NCBI GenBank assembly: GCA_033442325.1
Contig: JAWQFM010000002.1
Coordinates: 2,039,044 to 2,103,043 of the forward strand
Origin: Salpingoeca rosetta
Lineage: Eukaryota; Protista; Choanoflagellata
Direction of reading: 5' to 3'
DNA: 64,000 bases
The notes under the pieces are model-generated. The model was not told the DNA's origin. It saw only the letters and a list, made by a program, of their open reading frames with translations, and ran no database searches. A program made the translations under genes and the position numbers. Numbering within the stretch: the first letter of the stretch is position 1; each line of letters begins with the position of its first letter. This document shows positions 61,539 to 64,000 of this stretch, one piece after another.

Positions 61539-62161
61539 GAGACTTTTTTCCTCTCACTACCCCCTTCCCTTTCTCTTTTCTTTACACATTGTCGTCGGTT
61601 TTAATGCCCGCCTCCTCCCCCCCCCCCCTACCCAACCCACCATTGGCGTTGTCGTCGTTGTCCTGCTGTTTCACAGTCTATCTCTCCTTCCATACCTCTA
61701 CCTACACATGCTACTGCTTGTTTTTTTCCTTTTACTGCTGTCCCGTCACAAATTGTACCCAACAACCAAACATAGAAGCCATGTTTGCTTGCTTGCTTGC
61801 GTTTTGCTGACGCCTGACTGAACTTTTTGGTCTTGTCCTTTTCCCGTGCGTGTTGTGTGCCCTTCCTTTTCGTCGTTCTTCTTCATCGTGTTCGTTCACC
61901 GCCCAAAGTACCTGTGACCTTGCGCTCTTGCTGTGTGTGTGTGTGTGTGTGTGTGTGTGTCGCTCGCTCGCTCGTCCGCTCTTTGTGAGTGCGAGCTTGG
62001 TGATGTGCATGGTTTGTCGTTGGCGTTGCCGTCGTGCTTGTCTTCAACAAAGTAAATGGCCTTTCTTGATCGGAACGAATTATCATGTGCCCTTTATCTT
62101 GTATTGGCGCAGCTGGCAACCAAGGACGTGGAGCTTGCCGCACACTCACACACACACTCAC

Positions 62162-63600
<1,439 letters not shown>

Positions 63601-64000
63601 CCTGACCAGTCATGGGTGTGATGCACACACACGCACGCACACACAATCACACACGCGCACACACGCACAATCACACACACGCACACACAATCACACACAA
63701 GCACGCACGCACACAATCACACACACGCACGCACAATCACACACGCACACACAATCTCACACGCACACACACGCACACACAAACTGTTATCAAGACCAGA
63801 CTGTGTGTGCACCTTTGTAGATGCGCTTTGTGTTGCTGTATGTGGCTTTGGCCTGAGTGACATAGCTCTGTAATGTGTGACATGATGTGCGTGTGTGACG
63901 TGTGTGTGTGCGTGTGTGGGGGGCAAAGGTGAGGAACGCATGGGAAGAGGGAAGGCGGTGGGTGGCGTTGGTGACTGGTGGGCAGCAGCAGCAGATGGCA

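Overview
Intron-rich eukaryotic genomic DNA with GC-rich exons, microsatellite-filled GT-AG introns and two N gaps. Gene content and style suggest a choanoflagellate such as Salpingoeca rosetta (inference). About 15 protein-coding genes can be rebuilt by hand-splicing: DDX54/Dbp10 (3' part), a WW-less Pin1-type parvulin, an intronless DUF3574-like membrane protein, an AA15-LPMO-like/GH18 membrane chitinase, a chitin synthase, DNAJC3, a malectin-EGF-mucin-PAN receptor-like protein, FIRRM/C1orf112, fucokinase, RBM18, an intronless LRR receptor TKL kinase, SERP1/RAMP4, Rab escort protein, a 7TM-NADPH oxidase fusion, and the 3' part of a possible MIC26/27-like gene. Two candidates for an undescribed system stand out: (1) a GPCR-like 7TM domain fused to an EF-hand-less NOX; (2) a head-to-head chitin locus pairing a chitin synthase with a membrane chitinase whose LPMO-like domain appears to lack the copper histidine brace. 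All family assignments come from motif recognition by eye, not database searches.
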